Positions 12,196 to 25,589 of a stretch of 64,000 bases of DNA are shown piece by piece. The stretch's first letter is position 1; each line of letters opens with the position of its first letter. This DNA comes from Vicugna vicugna (taxonomy: Eukaryota), in NCBI GenBank assembly GCA_013265495.1, contig MU058687.1:1550001-1614000 (forward strand), written 5' to 3'. Position numbers and translations under genes: made by a program. The notes beneath the pieces are model-generated. The model was given only the letters and a program-made list of their open reading frames with translations. It was not told where the DNA came from and made no database searches.

Positions 12196-15100
12196 AGTAT
12201 GAAGGAGAAATTAAGATATTCACAGATAAACAACAGCTGAGAGAATTTATTCCTAGCAGACCCCCTACCCTACAAGAAATACTAAAGAGAATCTTTCAGG
12301 CTGAAACGAGAGGATGCTAGACAGTAACTTGAATCCACATGAAGAAATAAAGAGCACTAGTAATGGTAACTACATAGGTTAAAAGAAAATATAAATGTAT
12401 CTTTTGTTTACAACACTTTCTTCCTTTAATCTTATTAAAAAGATAGCTGCATAAAGCAATAATTATAAACTGGTGTTTACATAATGTATAAAGTAGTAAT
12501 TTGTATGACAATATTAGCACAAAGGAGGGAAGAATGTAGTTATACAGGAAAAATCTTTTGTATATTATTAAAATTAAGTTTGTATTAACCCACCCTGATT
12601 GTTATAAGGTGTTAATTGTAAACCCCAGAGCAACCACTAAGAGAAAATAACTTTAAAAATATGATAAAAGAAATAATAAGGAAATTGAGAAGGTACATTA
12701 GAAAATGTCTATTTTACATAAAAGCAGGAAATAATAGAGGAATAGAGGAACAAAAAAGACATAAGGCATGTAGAAAACAAGTAGCAAAATGGCAGTCATA
12801 AATTCTACCTTATTGGCAATTACATTAAATGAAAATGGGTTAAACACCCCAATCAAGAGGCCGCAATTGGCAGAATGGATTTTAAAAAAGTGATCCAACC
12901 ACATCCTCTTTATAAGAAAGGCACTTCAGATTCAAAGATATAAATAGGCTGACTGTAAAAGAGTGGGCAAACATATACCATGGAAATAGTAGCCAAAAGA
13001 AAGCTGGAGTAGTTGTTAACATCAGAAAAAAATAGACTTTCAGATAAATATTAGCACTGTGACAAAGAAGGATACTTTACAATAATAAAGGGATCGATCT
13101 CTCAAGCAGACATACCAATTACAAACATGTATGCATCTAACAACAGACTCCCTAAAATATACGAAGCAAAAAATGACAGAATTAAAGAGGAAATAAGGGG
13201 AGCATGTAGCTCAAGTACTAGAGCGTATGCTTAGCATGCATGAGGTCCTGCGTTCAATCTCCAGTGCCTCCTCTGAAAATAAATAAACTTGATTACCTCT
13301 CCCACCCTCCTGCCAAAGTAAAATAATTAAACAATACGATGATAAAGGGGAAATAAATAATTCAACAATAATAGTTGAAGACTCTAACACCCCACTTTCA
13401 TTAATAAATAGAACTGGACATAAGATTAGCAAGGAAATAGAAAACTTGAACAACACACTAAGCCAAGTAAACCAGATATTAATAGAAAATTCCACTCAAC
13501 AACAACAGAGTACATGTTTGTCTCACAGAACATTCTCCAGAATAGATCATTTATTAGGTCACAAAACAAGTCTCAACAAAGTTGTAAGGAATGAAATCAT
13601 ACAAAGTATGCTATCCAACTATTATAGAATGAAATTTGAAGTAAGTAACAGAAAAAAATGGGTAAATTCACATATATGTGGATTAAAGAAGAAATTAAAA
13701 GATAATTTAAGGTGAATGAAAACAAAAAAATAACATACCAAAACTTATGGGATGCAGCCAAATGAGTACTTAGAAGGAATTTTCTATCTGTACATGTCTA
13801 TATTCAAAAAGAAGAGCAATCTCAGATAAATAATCTGGCCCTCTGCTTTAGGAAGCTTAGGAGAAAGAAAGGCAAACTAATCTGAAGGAAGCAAAAGGAA
13901 GGGGATAATAAAAAATAGAGCAGAAGTAAATGAAATAAAGTAGAAAAGCAATAGAAAAATTCAACAAAGTCAAAAGTTGGTCCTTTGAAAAGATCAACAT
14001 AGTTGAAAAACCTTTAACTAGTCTGACTGAGAAAAGAGAGAGAGAGAGAGAGAACACCCAAATTACTAAAATCAGGAATGAAAGGTGACATTACTATTGA
14101 TCTTACAAAATAAAAGGGATTATAAGAGAACCCTACAAACAATTTTATGCAAAAAATTGGATAACCTAGATAAAATGGAAAATTCCTAGAAAGATACAAA
14201 CTACTGAAATTTAATCAAGAAGAAATTTAAAAATCTGAATTAGACTGAAAACAAATAAAGAGACTGAATTAGTCATCGAGAACCTGCCACAAAGAAAAGC
14301 CTAGGACCTAGGTTTCACTGGGGAATACTATCAAATGTTTAAAGGAGAACTAACACCAATCTTTCTCAAAACCTTTCAAAAATTAGAAGAGGAGAGATTA
14401 TTTCTCAACTCATTCTATAAGGCCAGTATTACCCTGATACCTAAGCTAGAGAAAGAAATCACAAGCAAAGAAAACTACAGACCAGTATCCCTTATGAATA
14501 TAGATGCAAAAGTCCTCAACAAAGTACTAGTAAATTGAGTCCAACAACATGTGAAAAGGACTACACACCATAATCAGGCAGAATTTAGCACAGGAATGCA
14601 AGATTTGTTCAACATATAAAAATTAATCTATGTAATACATCATATTATTAGAATAAAGAACAAAATCCACATGATCATCTCAATAGATGCAGTAAAAGCA
14701 TTTAACAAAACCAACAGATTTTAATGAACTTAATAAACTAGAAGTAGAGAGAACTTCCCAAGATAATAAAGATCATCTATGAAAAACCCATAGCTAACAT
14801 TATGTTCGATAATGAAAGATTGACTAAAGGCTTTCACACTAAGATCAGGAAAAAGAAAAGGATATCCATTCTCATCATTCTTGCTCAACATTGTACTGGA
14901 ATTTCTAGCAATGAAATTAGGCAAGAAAAAGAAATAAAAGACATCCAGATTGGAAAAAAAAAAGGTAAAATTATGTCTACAGGTGACATGATCTTGTATA
15001 TAGAAAATCTTAAGGAATTCACACCCAGCTACAAAATTGTTAGAGCAAATAAACAAGTTCAGCAAGGTTGCAGGATACAAAATCAATATACAAAAATCAA

Positions 15101-17251
15101 TTGTATTACTATACACTAGCAATGAATAATCCAAAAATGAAATTAAGAAAATAATTCTATTTATAGTAGCATCCAAAAGAATATAACATATAGAACTAAA
15201 TTTAAGCACCCCCCCAAACTGCAAACTTTACACAGCAAAACTACAAAACTTCATTGAAAGAAATTAAAGAAGACCGGATAATGAGATGACATCCTATGTT
15301 TATGGGTTGGAAGACTTCATATTGTTAAGAGAGAAGTACTCCCCAGATTTTTTATACAGATTTGATGCAATCCATAACATTTTCCAGCTACCTTTTTTTT
15401 GCAGAAATTGATAAGCTGATCCTAAAATTCATATTGTATTACAAGGGCTTCAGAATAGTTTAAACAATCTTAGAAAAAAAAAGCTGAAGGACTCACATTT
15501 CCCAATTTCAAAAGTTACTGGGGAAAAAAAAGTTATTGCAAGAAAAAAAAATTACAAGACAGGATGGTACTTGCATAAGGATAGACATATAGATCAATGA
15601 AAGAGATTTTAGAGTCCAGCAATAAATCCTCACATTTAAAGTTAATTAATTTTTGACAAGGTTTCTAAGACCATTCAATGGGGAAAGAATGGTCTTTTCA
15701 ACAAATGATGCTGGAACATTTGGATATCTGCATGCAAAAGAATTAATTTGGACTTCTTCACATCTTACAAAAATTAACTCAAAATGGATCAAAGACTTAA
15801 ATGTAAGATCTACAATTATGAAACTCTTAGAAAAAAATGTAGGTGAAAAATCTTTGTGACCTTGGCTTAGGCAACAGTTTCTTAGATATGACACCAAAAG
15901 ACACGCAACCAAAGAAACAAAAAATACATAACTTGGACCTCATTAAAATTTTACAAGTTTGGGCTTAAAAAGACTGTCAAGAAAGTAAAAGACATTATTT
16001 CAACAAAAAAAGTAAGTCATCAATTCAGGTTCAGCTTTAATTTCAGCAAGAGCACAGCAGAACTTATAATTAAATTTGGAAGAAGAGTTCAATTCATCTT
16101 CCTATAGATTTGTGATTAAAAACCATTCCTTCCAAATTATTCCCATATCTTTTTCCAGCTAACATAAAATGATTATGCCGTGTTCAACAACCCCCAACAA
16201 CATTACTAAAAATCCAGTCTAGAATATAGAACATCAATCTGGCCAAGTCTTCTACACTCAAAATTTGTAATTGAATATAGCATAAATTTTAAAAAAGAAA
16301 GTGAAAGACAACCCACAGAAATATTTGCAAATCGTATATCTAATAAAGATCTAGTATCCAGAATATATAAATAACTTGCACAACACATCAATTAAAAAAA
16401 ATCTATTTCTTAAATAAGTAAAGAAATAGAATGGATGTTTCTCCAGTGAAGATATGTAAATAGCCAATAAGTATATGAAAAGAAGCTGAACATCATTAGT
16501 CACAGGCAAATGCAAACCAAAACCACATTGAGGTACCACTTCACACCCGCTAGGATGATTATAATCAAAAAGATGATTAAACAAGTGTTAGTGAAGGTGT
16601 AGAGAAATTGAAACCTTCATAGGTGGCTGAGGAATGTAAAATGGGGCAGCTGTTGTGGAAAACAGTATAGTAGTTTCTGAAGAGTTAATCATGAAGTGGC
16701 ATATAGCTCAGCAATCTCTAGATATGTGCCCAAGAGAACTGAAAATACATACCCACACAAACACTTGTACAAAGATGTTTGTGGCTGCGTTATTTATAAG
16801 AGCCAAAAAGCAGAAACAACCCAAATGTCCATCAACTGATGAATGGACAAACAAAATGTAGCTTAACTGTACAATGGGATATTATTGGGCCATAGAAAGG
16901 AATGAAATATCAATATATGCTACAACATGGGTGAACCTAGAAAACCTTATGTTAAATGAAAGAAGCCAGTCGCAAAGGCCACATATCGTGTGATTCTATT
17001 TATATGAAATGTCCAGAATAGGCCAGTCCACAAAGATAGAAAGTACATCAGTGATTGCCAGAAATGGAGGAGAGGAGGGAATGGAGAGTAACTCCTAACA
17101 GGTACAGAATTTCTTTTTGAGACAATGAGAAGGTTCTGAAATTAGACAGTGGTGATAGTTGCACAACTCTATGAATATACTAAGAATCACTGAATTGTGC
17201 ACTTTAAAAGGGTACATTTCATGGGGTGTGAATTATATCTCAATTTAAAAA
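12196..17251 (+). mobile_element. Degenerate ~5-kb L1 (end of ORF1, ORF2 EN/RT/C-terminal remnants, 3' UTR)
   Basis: ORF fragments EGEIKIFTDKQQLREFI..RP (ORF1), HRTFSRIDHLLGHK (endonuclease), [28 protein letters not shown] (RT), KINSKWIKDLNVR, MFVAALF..AK...QPKCPS; many stops and frameshifts. Confidence 0.92.
13197..13343 (+). mobile_element. tRNA-derived SINE inserted in L1 ORF2
   Basis: Same head and body; TSD aaag(a/g)ggaaataa at 13184-13196 and 13344-13356. Confidence 0.85.
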
Positions 17252-17274
17252 TGTGCTAAGAAATATGAGTAAGT

Positions 17275-18010
17275 AGGCTACATACAAGGAGTGCAAGGTT
17301 GATTTAACATTCAAAAATCAATTAATGTAATTCTCATAAAATGGTATAAAGGGGAGAAATCATGGAATTATTATCAATAGATGAAGAAAAGGCCTTCGAC
17401 CAAATTCAACATTCAAGATGAAGGCTCCTAACAGACTAGAAAATAGAAGGGAATTTCCTCAACCTAATAAAAGAAAATCTATAAAAAATAAGACCCTATA
17501 ATGGGGGAAGGATATAGCTCAGTGGTAGAGCACATGCTTAGCATACACAAGGTCCTGGGTTCAATCCCCAGTATCTCCATTAAAAATAAAAAAATAAAAC
17601 CCTATGGCTTACATTCTACTTAATGATAAAAGACTGAATGCTTACTCTTCAGATTAGAAACAAGGCAGGGATGTCTACTCTCGACACCTTTATTCAACAA
17701 TGAACTGCACAAAAAGACCTATACAATAAAGCATGAAAAAAAGGCAAATAAGTTGGAAAGTAAAACTGTCTTTATTCACAGAAAACATAACCACCTAAGA
17801 AAATCCTAAGGAATCTAGATAAAAGCTACTAGAACTAACAAATGACTATAGCAAGGTTGCAAGTATTCCTATCTAGGTAGTCACCGAAGAAAAATGAAAA
17901 CATGTCCCTTTCAAAGACTTTTAAGCGAATATGCATAGCCACTTTATTCATAATAGTCAAAACTTGAAGACAACTCAAATATCCAACAATAGGTGCACAA
18001 ATAACAAATT
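17275..18010 (+). mobile_element. Older L1 ORF2/3' fragments
   Basis: tcaatagatgaagaaaaggccttcgaccaaattcaaca, gaaacaaggcagggatgtctactc, aaaagctactagaactaa. Confidence 0.75.
17503..17595 (+). mobile_element. Short tRNA-derived SINE or tRNA-Ala retrocopy (head plus A tail only)
   Basis: tRNA-Ala(AGC)-like head followed directly by an A-rich tail; flanked by aaaaataa(g/a)accctat repeats. Confidence 0.8.
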
Positions 18011-18913
18011 TCCCTTGGAGGAGGCATTTTTGTTTTTAGGGGTCAGTAACTACTAAACCAGGATAAGCCCAGATCTATTTGGGCTGCCTAAAATTAACAT
18101 AACAGCAGTAACAGCTACAGCCACCAAATACTGAGCACCCATCACTGTGCTAAGCAATTTAAGTACGTTCAATACTATAGGACGAGTACTGCAATGCCCA
18201 TTGCATAGACGAGGGGGCTGAGGCAGAGAGTTTTAACTGCTCTGCCCAATATCACATGGTACTAAGCAGCAGAGCTAGAACATTCAATTGCATATTCAAA
18301 TGCAAAGCTAGGAAGCTGTTTGCCTTTTCTCACCTTCTTTCCTGACCTTAGAGCTCTCTCCACATCCTCTCAGGGTCAGGTGGATGAGGGAGAGCTGCTG
18401 AAAAGTGATTTGGTTCAGGACTCACATTCCCAAAGCACCTTATCTCCAAATGAGGTCATATGTCCAGCCAGGAATAGAATGGGGGATCACCCAGCATTGA
18501 AGTTACTTCCTCCAGGTAGCCATGAATTAACAATTGTATAAACCCCCTTAGTTACCCGGTTCTAAGGCAAACACACTGCTTTAAAAATATACATAATTTT
18601 TGTTACCTAATCTTGATATATCTTTTTTTTTTTCAATCTTCATTTTTAACCCTTGCGCCAGTCTGCAAGGGGCAGGTAAGTGGGAAGCAGCTGGAAGCAG
18701 CTCTGACGCTCAACCTAGGAGCTGCCTGCGGCTCCAAGATCAGCATGGCTACACCCACGGGCTGAAGGAAGTCCAAAACTTGGGGACTCAGAAGCTGATG
18801 GAGCAAAGCACATCTGTCCAGAGGCTTCCTGAGCTTCCAGGGGGTTTGTGAGAAAGTCACAGGTCCAGATTGACCAGGGGATCTTTTACTTTCGGGGTGT
18901 GTGGTCTTTAATC

Positions 18914-19127
18914 CATCGGTTCTCTCCTGGGGCAGTTTTGATCCCCCTCCTGAGAGGACATCTGGCAAGGTCTGAAAAGGCCTTTTATTTTCATAACTAG
19001 GGAATTTTACTGGCATCTAGTGGATAGAGACCAGAGATGCTGCTAAACATCCTACTATGCACAGCATAACCCTCCACAACAAAGAATTATCCACCCCACT
19101 TGTCAAAGTGTCCAGGTTGAGAAACCA
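18914..19127 (+). mobile_element. MER20 (hAT-Charlie MITE)
   Basis: tactggcatctagtggatagagaccagagatgctgctaaacatcctac...aaagaattatcc...ggttgagaaacc. Confidence 0.8.
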
Positions 19128-20924
19128 GCTTTAACCCTTTATGGCTGGCACATTCAGGGCTGCCACCCCCTCCGAAGAAGTTTCCTACAAAGCCTTATCT
19201 GGGCTTAAGGCTGGAGAGGGTTGGACAACAGGCCTGGCCCATGCCCTCAGGGGGAATTTCCCTGTCATCACCTGGCCACCCACTCTGGCCCCTTTGTTGG
19301 AGGGCTCTGCCCTCAGGTAAATATTTTCCCTACTTGTTTGGGAAACTTTGAGAAAAATCCCCATTAGCCATGTTGTAAGCAGTGAAGATGTACCATACTG
19401 TGTTTTGTGCTTTACCACCAAAATTTTTATTATTTTTGCTCAAATAACTAAAAAGTTGCAGTCAACCCTTAAGATTTCAAAGGAGGCACATCCAGCAACT
19501 GGCCCTCAAAAGGCACGGAAAAAGAGTGGGTTTGGCGTCAACGCATCAATGGTCTAGACGCTAGGGGTGACAACCTGGGAATTCTGATCTGGGCGGGGGC
19601 AGCCTGGAAGGGTGGGCAGCAGCTGACGGGAAGGCTTCCTGCCTACCGCCAGCCTGGAGCCACCAGTGAGGGGCCCCTGGGGACCGTGGGGACATTTGCC
19701 TGCACTCTCAGGAGATTCCTCTTTCTTCTCCTGGGGTTTCATCTTTACTAACTAGAGAGGGGGCCATCAGGGAATGTGAGGTAAAATGCTCTAGGGGAGT
19801 AAAATTGCTCTCAGAGGGGAAGACACAGGGGCGCAAAAATGCAACCAGTGGCCCCAGGCACTGCTGACTGCACCGGCGAGACCCGCAAGGGGAGGGAAGT
19901 GCTCCTGACACTCCTGACCCTCAGCTCCTCGAAGGCCCACTCTTGCCTGAGCTACTTTGTTGGACTGGACCCTGGGGTTCACGCACACAACTCCTGTAGC
20001 TCAAAGCGGCTGCGAAAAGTAGATTGAGAGCCTGTTAACCTCAGGGCTTGGGGCCTTTGCGTGCCCTGGCAGGTGAGAAAGAATGAACAGAGATCAGAGA
20101 GCTGGGCTGGAAGCTTAACTGGACTCTGAGTCCATAAAGTGCCCCCTCCTGGAGAGATGTGCTCGAGATTTCCCCTCCATCCCCCGGCTGCTTGTTAGAA
20201 CTACCTGCGGAGCTTTTAAAAAATAGCTTTGCATCTGTCGGTCATTTAGGGGCAAAATTGTGAAGCTAATGACCAAGTGGTTTCTCTGCGTATGCAGTTC
20301 CTGTCTGAGAATCATAGCCTTTTGAAGAAAAAAAAATATGTATATATATAAAACCATTCTACACTTAGGTACATTCATTTTTTTTTTTTTTGGTATAGTA
20401 CAAAGTCACATAAACATTGTGACTTTTAAAAACTGCTAAAGGATGTAAAAACATGCCAAATAATGTAAGGCTATGCCATTTTGCCTGAATAGAAGACTCA
20501 AAAAAAAAAATAGCTGTGCTCAGACTAATTAAATCAGAATATCTGAGGGTAGGTCTGAGTATTTCCTTCCTCCCTTTTTTGGACCTTGGGAGATTTTGCA
20601 CCTCCTTCCAGGCAGGGAAGCCTGACTTCTGAAATGACTGTCCTGAAGGAAAAGTACCTAGTTCTGTAGTCAGCCCCCCATCCGACACCCCCACCTCCCA
20701 GGGGACATACCACAGGCACTCAGGAAGTTTCTGCTCTGCTTGGTTCCTCAGTTTCAACCCATTTTCTTAACGATTTGATCAGAGCATCCCTGCTTTCGTA
20801 AAACACAGGTCTTGGAAATGGACTGATTCAGGACGGGATGGACTGAAGTTTGTATTTATAGGAACAGCAAAGTAATAGAGGAACTGGACTGATGTGAAGA
20901 TAGCAAGCTTGTGGCACTTTAAAA

Positions 20925-21195
20925 AGCACTATCAACCAGGGCTCCTTGGAGAAAGGGTGGATTCTCTTTAGAGAAATGGATCAGGAAACATCCAAGATGA
21001 GCCTAGAGCATCTTGCAGCACCAGGAGGTAAGAAAGTGCTAAAAACAAAACAAAACAAAACAAAATCCAAAACAAAAAAAACCCCATAATGACTGAATAT
21101 GTCAGAGGGCCACAGGAGCCAACTGAAAGAGTCCCCAGTAGCCAAAGTTAGAACAATTTGAACTACAAAAACAACAACAAAAAAGTCTATTTTCA
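20925..21195 (+). mobile_element. L1MD/MC-like 3' UTR fragment
   Basis: caagatgagcctagagcatcttg...gggccacaggagccaactgaaagag...agaacaatttga. Confidence 0.55.
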
Positions 21196-21204
21196 ATTAC
21201 CTTA

Positions 21205-22114
21205 AGTCCATTTGCCTTCAACGTATCCTGCTAATTTTAATACTAAAATGGAGATTGGTAAATACCTTCTGTCCTAAATTCTTGGAGCTCCCCGTTCCCC
21301 AGTTTTTCCTCTCCCCTCCCTCAGGACCACACTCTCCTCCCGCCACCTCCCATGATCCAGTAACTCAAAGGTTATTCGCTTTCAGATAATTATATTACCT
21401 TACAGGATGCCTCTCGCTCACATAATTGAAGAAACTATCAGCTTATCATCACAGGTAAGTGTTTTTTTTTAAGGTAACAATGTTTCTAATACTGTATTAT
21501 AAATATGACTGTAATACTATATACCGTAAAATTTTTATAACAATTCATTCATTAGTACATAGGCTGGGCTACCATGGAGCAGTCATATCAATTACACCAG
21601 GTTAGCATAAAGCAGTCATATTGCTGCTTCTTCATTATCTATGCATGAATCATTATTCCTGTAAATAAGTATGAATTTCTTTTTCACATTGTCTTTTCAT
21701 TTTTGATGTCTAGTGTTAGTAATCTAGTGTAGTGTTAGCTTCAGAGTTTTGTAACATATAAGACGATATTGACTGACAGAGTGACAACTGATTGATGGAC
21801 AATTCATCTTGTAAACATGACATAAACCTACAGTATGGATAAACACAGTATAGTACTGTAAACATATATCCTCTTCCTTGTAATTTTCTTAACAACATTT
21901 TTTTTCTTCCAGCTTACTTTATAGTAAGAATATAGTATATAACACATATACAAGATACATGTTAATCGACTGTTTCTGTTATTGGTAAGACTTCCAGGCA
22001 ACAGTAAGTAGGCTATTGGGACTTCAAGTTTGGCGGGAGTCAAAAGTTATACATGGGTTTTTGTCTATGTGGGGGTCAACACCCTTAACCCCTGAGTTAT
22101 TCAAGGATCAACTG
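21205..22114 (+). mobile_element. Tigger2-family (TcMar) DNA transposon fragment
   Basis: Terminus tgttaatcgactgttt...gggagtcaaaagttatac...ttcaaggatcaactg followed by a TA target dinucleotide at 22115-22116. Confidence 0.75.
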
Positions 22115-23596
22115 TACTTACCTCCTGCGACTGTTGTGAGAATTAAATGAGTCAATTTATGTGCCTGGCACATAGTAAGTGATACATAGCAAGGATCCTG
22201 GGTACAGTTGTACAGATTGTTCACTGTTTAAGAGCCCAGACCTTAGACATCAAATAGGGGCTCACCAGTCCACGCCCTTTGGCCTGGGATTGCCTACCAA
22301 GAGGTGGCACTGTTTTCTAATTTGTACCAGGGCCATGCGTGAGCCAACAGCTGTCCTGATACCTGTCTGCTGTCAGCATAAAGGATTTAAGTGTCTAGCG
22401 AATGCTACCTTGAATCATCCTTAGGCTGTGGGCTGACGTTGACTGAGTTGATGCTGGCTGTTTTATAACAGTTACTTGGTGGCTTGGTGGAGTTCTCCAG
22501 AATAATCTCAGTGCGATGTCTCTATCCCAAACCTTGCTGTGACCATTCAGATACTATGTAATAAAAAATAAAAATTAAATGTAAAAATACTGACAATGTA
22601 AAAAGCTAAACAACACACACAGCAGCACTGCATATTCCTTGGATGTACATACAGACTCGGTTCATGTGTAGAGAAATGCATAAGAATGAGAAGGACCGTA
22701 TTCTGGTTAATGGGTACCTGGTGGGGAAGGAATGGGATTCAAAAGAGATATAAAGGGGCCTTTGGTTCTATTCATAACTTATTTATTAAGCTTAATGGTA
22801 GATACACGAGCGTTTTATTCTTTAATCTTAAATATTTAAAAATAATTTATAATCAATACCATTGAAAGACACTATCTGTCTACGTAAGAGCTAATTTTTC
22901 ATTTCTCTCCTCATTAGTCTGTTAAATATTGAAGCTGTGTATTGATTTGGAACCATAGAATCAAGCAATCATTCATTCAACAAGTATTTACTGTTCAAAG
23001 ACCTAAGACCTTCACCTGAACATTATAACGCTTCTAATAATCTGGCTATTTGACTTCTTCCCCTTCTTTCTGTGCGGGCAGGATCTCTGACTTATTCATA
23101 CTTATAATTTTTTTGCTATGTAATAGGCATGAATAAATGTTAAATTTAACTGAATAAAACATAAACAGGACAGTTCTTATCCTTATAGAGCTTTCAATAC
23201 ACCAAGGATGAGAAGATGCAGAACAAGGCAGGTCATGGTAAATTCTGTAAGTTATGAGCAAAGTTCAATGGGAATTTCTTCACACATTGATTCTGTTGAC
23301 AATGACTTACTAAGCGTCCTCTGGGCACTGGATGTGTAATTGTAAACAAGAAAGACACGGTCACTGGTTATCACATGGCCCACTTCTTGTCACCTTCCTC
23401 CCTAGCTCACTGGTCTCTGCCACAGATACTTTTTACTTAGGTTATCGTGATAATCTAGTGCCATAATCCCAACTGGTCTCCCCGCCTCCATTCGCTCCTC
23501 TACAGTACATCTCAACTGCATCCAGAGAGATCCTGTCAAAACCCTTTTAAAACCTTGCCCCTCCTCTGCTCTAAAACCACCAATGGCTTCTCATCT

Positions 23597-24052
23597 GTGG
23601 GAGACCACAAACATGCTCACAATTCTTTATATTCCTCCCATCAACCCAGGGAGTCTGGGCTGGCCTTGGGACTTTTTTGCCCAATGGAATGTGTGCAGAA
23701 GGACCATTATGGGAATTCTGAGCCTGCGCCTCAGGAGGCTTTGAAAGTTTCTGCTCTTCCTCTTGAATCCTAGAACTTCCACGTACACAGGCCCAGGCAA
23801 GCCTGTTGAGGGATGAGGTAGCACGTGGAGCAGAACAATCCAGGGCCAGGCCATTCTAGACCAACCGTTTATCAGGCAACCTCCCAGTGGTCTGAGGACA
23901 CACGACGCAGCCCTGCTAGGCTCAGCCTAGCACAGCCTCGCCCAAAGAACCTTCCAGATGACCCGCCGACTCACAAGCTAACTACATGGCTGTTGTTTTA
24001 AGCCACTGAGATTTTTTTTGTGGTTTGTCAGGCAGCAAAACGAACTGATTCA
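23597..24052 (+). mobile_element. MLT1 (MaLR) solo LTR nested in L2
   Basis: tgtgg start; gagtctgggctggccttgggact; ends tgttgttttaagccactgag...gtggtttgtcaggcagcaa..aactgattca. Confidence 0.75.
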
Positions 24053-24269
24053 TCGTCTCATTCAGAGAAACAGTCAAAATACTAACTGTATCCCTGGTAC
24101 TTAGAACTGGGTACATGGTAAGTGCTCAATAAACATTTGCGGGAGGAAATTCATAAATGGAGCTAACGTTCTAACGCGGGAAGCCAGGGAAAACAAAGTA
24201 AAGAGTTACCAAATTTGGTAAGTGCTGGGAGAGGAACAAACAGTGGCTCAGGCAGAGAATCATGGAGTA

Positions 24270-24740
24270 GAAGTGGGAAGGCGGGTCCTCTGGGAGCTCC
24301 TCATTGCTTCCAGAATAAAAGCCAAAATCCTCACAGTGCCCTCCGAGGCCCGACGTCACCTCACCCCCTGGTACCTCGCTGACTTAATCTCCTGCCGCTC
24401 ACTGCTTCTCTGCTCCAGCTACACCGGCCTCCCTGTTTCCCCTCAACACACCAAACACAGTCCCTCCTCAGCTCCTTGCTGGAATGTTTTTTCCTTATAC
24501 ACCCACACCGTTCACTCCCTCCTTTCCTTTGGGGATCTGCACAGATGTCCCCCTTTCACTAAGGCCTTCCTGACCACCCTGTAGAAATAGCAACCCACCA
24601 ACCCCCAGAATTCCCTAATCCTGACCTGCTGTATTTTCCTCCCAGCACTGGTCACCATCTGCTATTACATGTTAACTTCTTCATTTGCTGTCTGCCTCCC
24701 CCACACAAATATAACTTACTGGGGGAAGGAATTTTGTTTT
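24270..24740 (+). mobile_element. L2 fragment
   Basis: cagaataaaagccaaaatcctcac, tctgctccagctacaccggcctcc, aggccttcctgaccaccct. Confidence 0.7.
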
Positions 24741-25589
24741 GCTCAATTTACCCTTAGGGCAATATTGTCTCAGGGCAGAAATTCAGCCAGTGGACACAAA
24801 ACCCTTTAGGGGTTTACACTTCCTCTCCATTAGGACTAAGCAAGGCAAGCATTTAGCCTTGGGCCGTGCTGGGAATGAGGCAGGGCAGTTTTTAAGAAGG
24901 CCGAAGGCCCAGGTGTGTGTGGGATTGCTTACTGAGAACTCCACAAACTTGCTTATGGCAAGGCTAGTGACACTACCAGTAACAGCTGTCTTCGGGGCGT
25001 ATTTTACAGTCCTCTGGGGACATTCCGATCCATGTGATGATTTGCTTCTTGAAAAGCTCTGAGAGGTAGGCAGGGCAGGTTTTATCATCCTCTATTTACA
25101 GATGGAGATAAGGAGGGGTACAGAGTCCAGGTGAGCTGCTCAGGGCCATGGACATACTAAGTGGTAGAGGCAGAATTCAAATCCTGGCTGTTTTGACTCC
25201 AAATACAGTGCTCATTCACTGTTTTGTGTTGCATTTTGTTTGTTTTATTTTATTTTATTTTTTACAATTTTTCCATTCTGGCTCTGGCTTTGTGACCTTC
25301 TTGAATCATTAAGATTCCAGGCCAATCCTGACCTCCTGAAAAACCTTCAACTAAGAGGCATCATTTCTCTAAAAAGAGCACCCTGCCAAAAGTCCAAGGT
25401 GATGAATACACATTTAGAGCACCAATTCCAGAGCATCCCCTGTGGCTTTCAGACCTACCAAAGCCTCTTTTGCTTGATAGTCAGGGAAGGACCGTTGCCC
25501 TTGGGCCCCTTCACCCCTAACCCGCCCTCGAGCAGGCTGGGCTGCCCGGGGCAGTGAGGAAGGCCTGCTGCGAGACAGGACAGGCAGCT

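Noticed and set aside
12063..16861. Multiple ORFs with RT/endonuclease-like peptides
   Set aside because: Fragments of a decayed L1, not a functional gene or novel RT system
18672..18682. Strong splice donor CAG|GTAAGT upstream of BATF (another at about 21454 inside the Tigger element)
   Set aside because: An isolated consensus donor is expected by chance; no supportable exon or partner acceptor
22143..22154. AICE-like TAAATGAGTCA
   Set aside because: Lacks the GAAA IRF half site and sits in a MIR remnant
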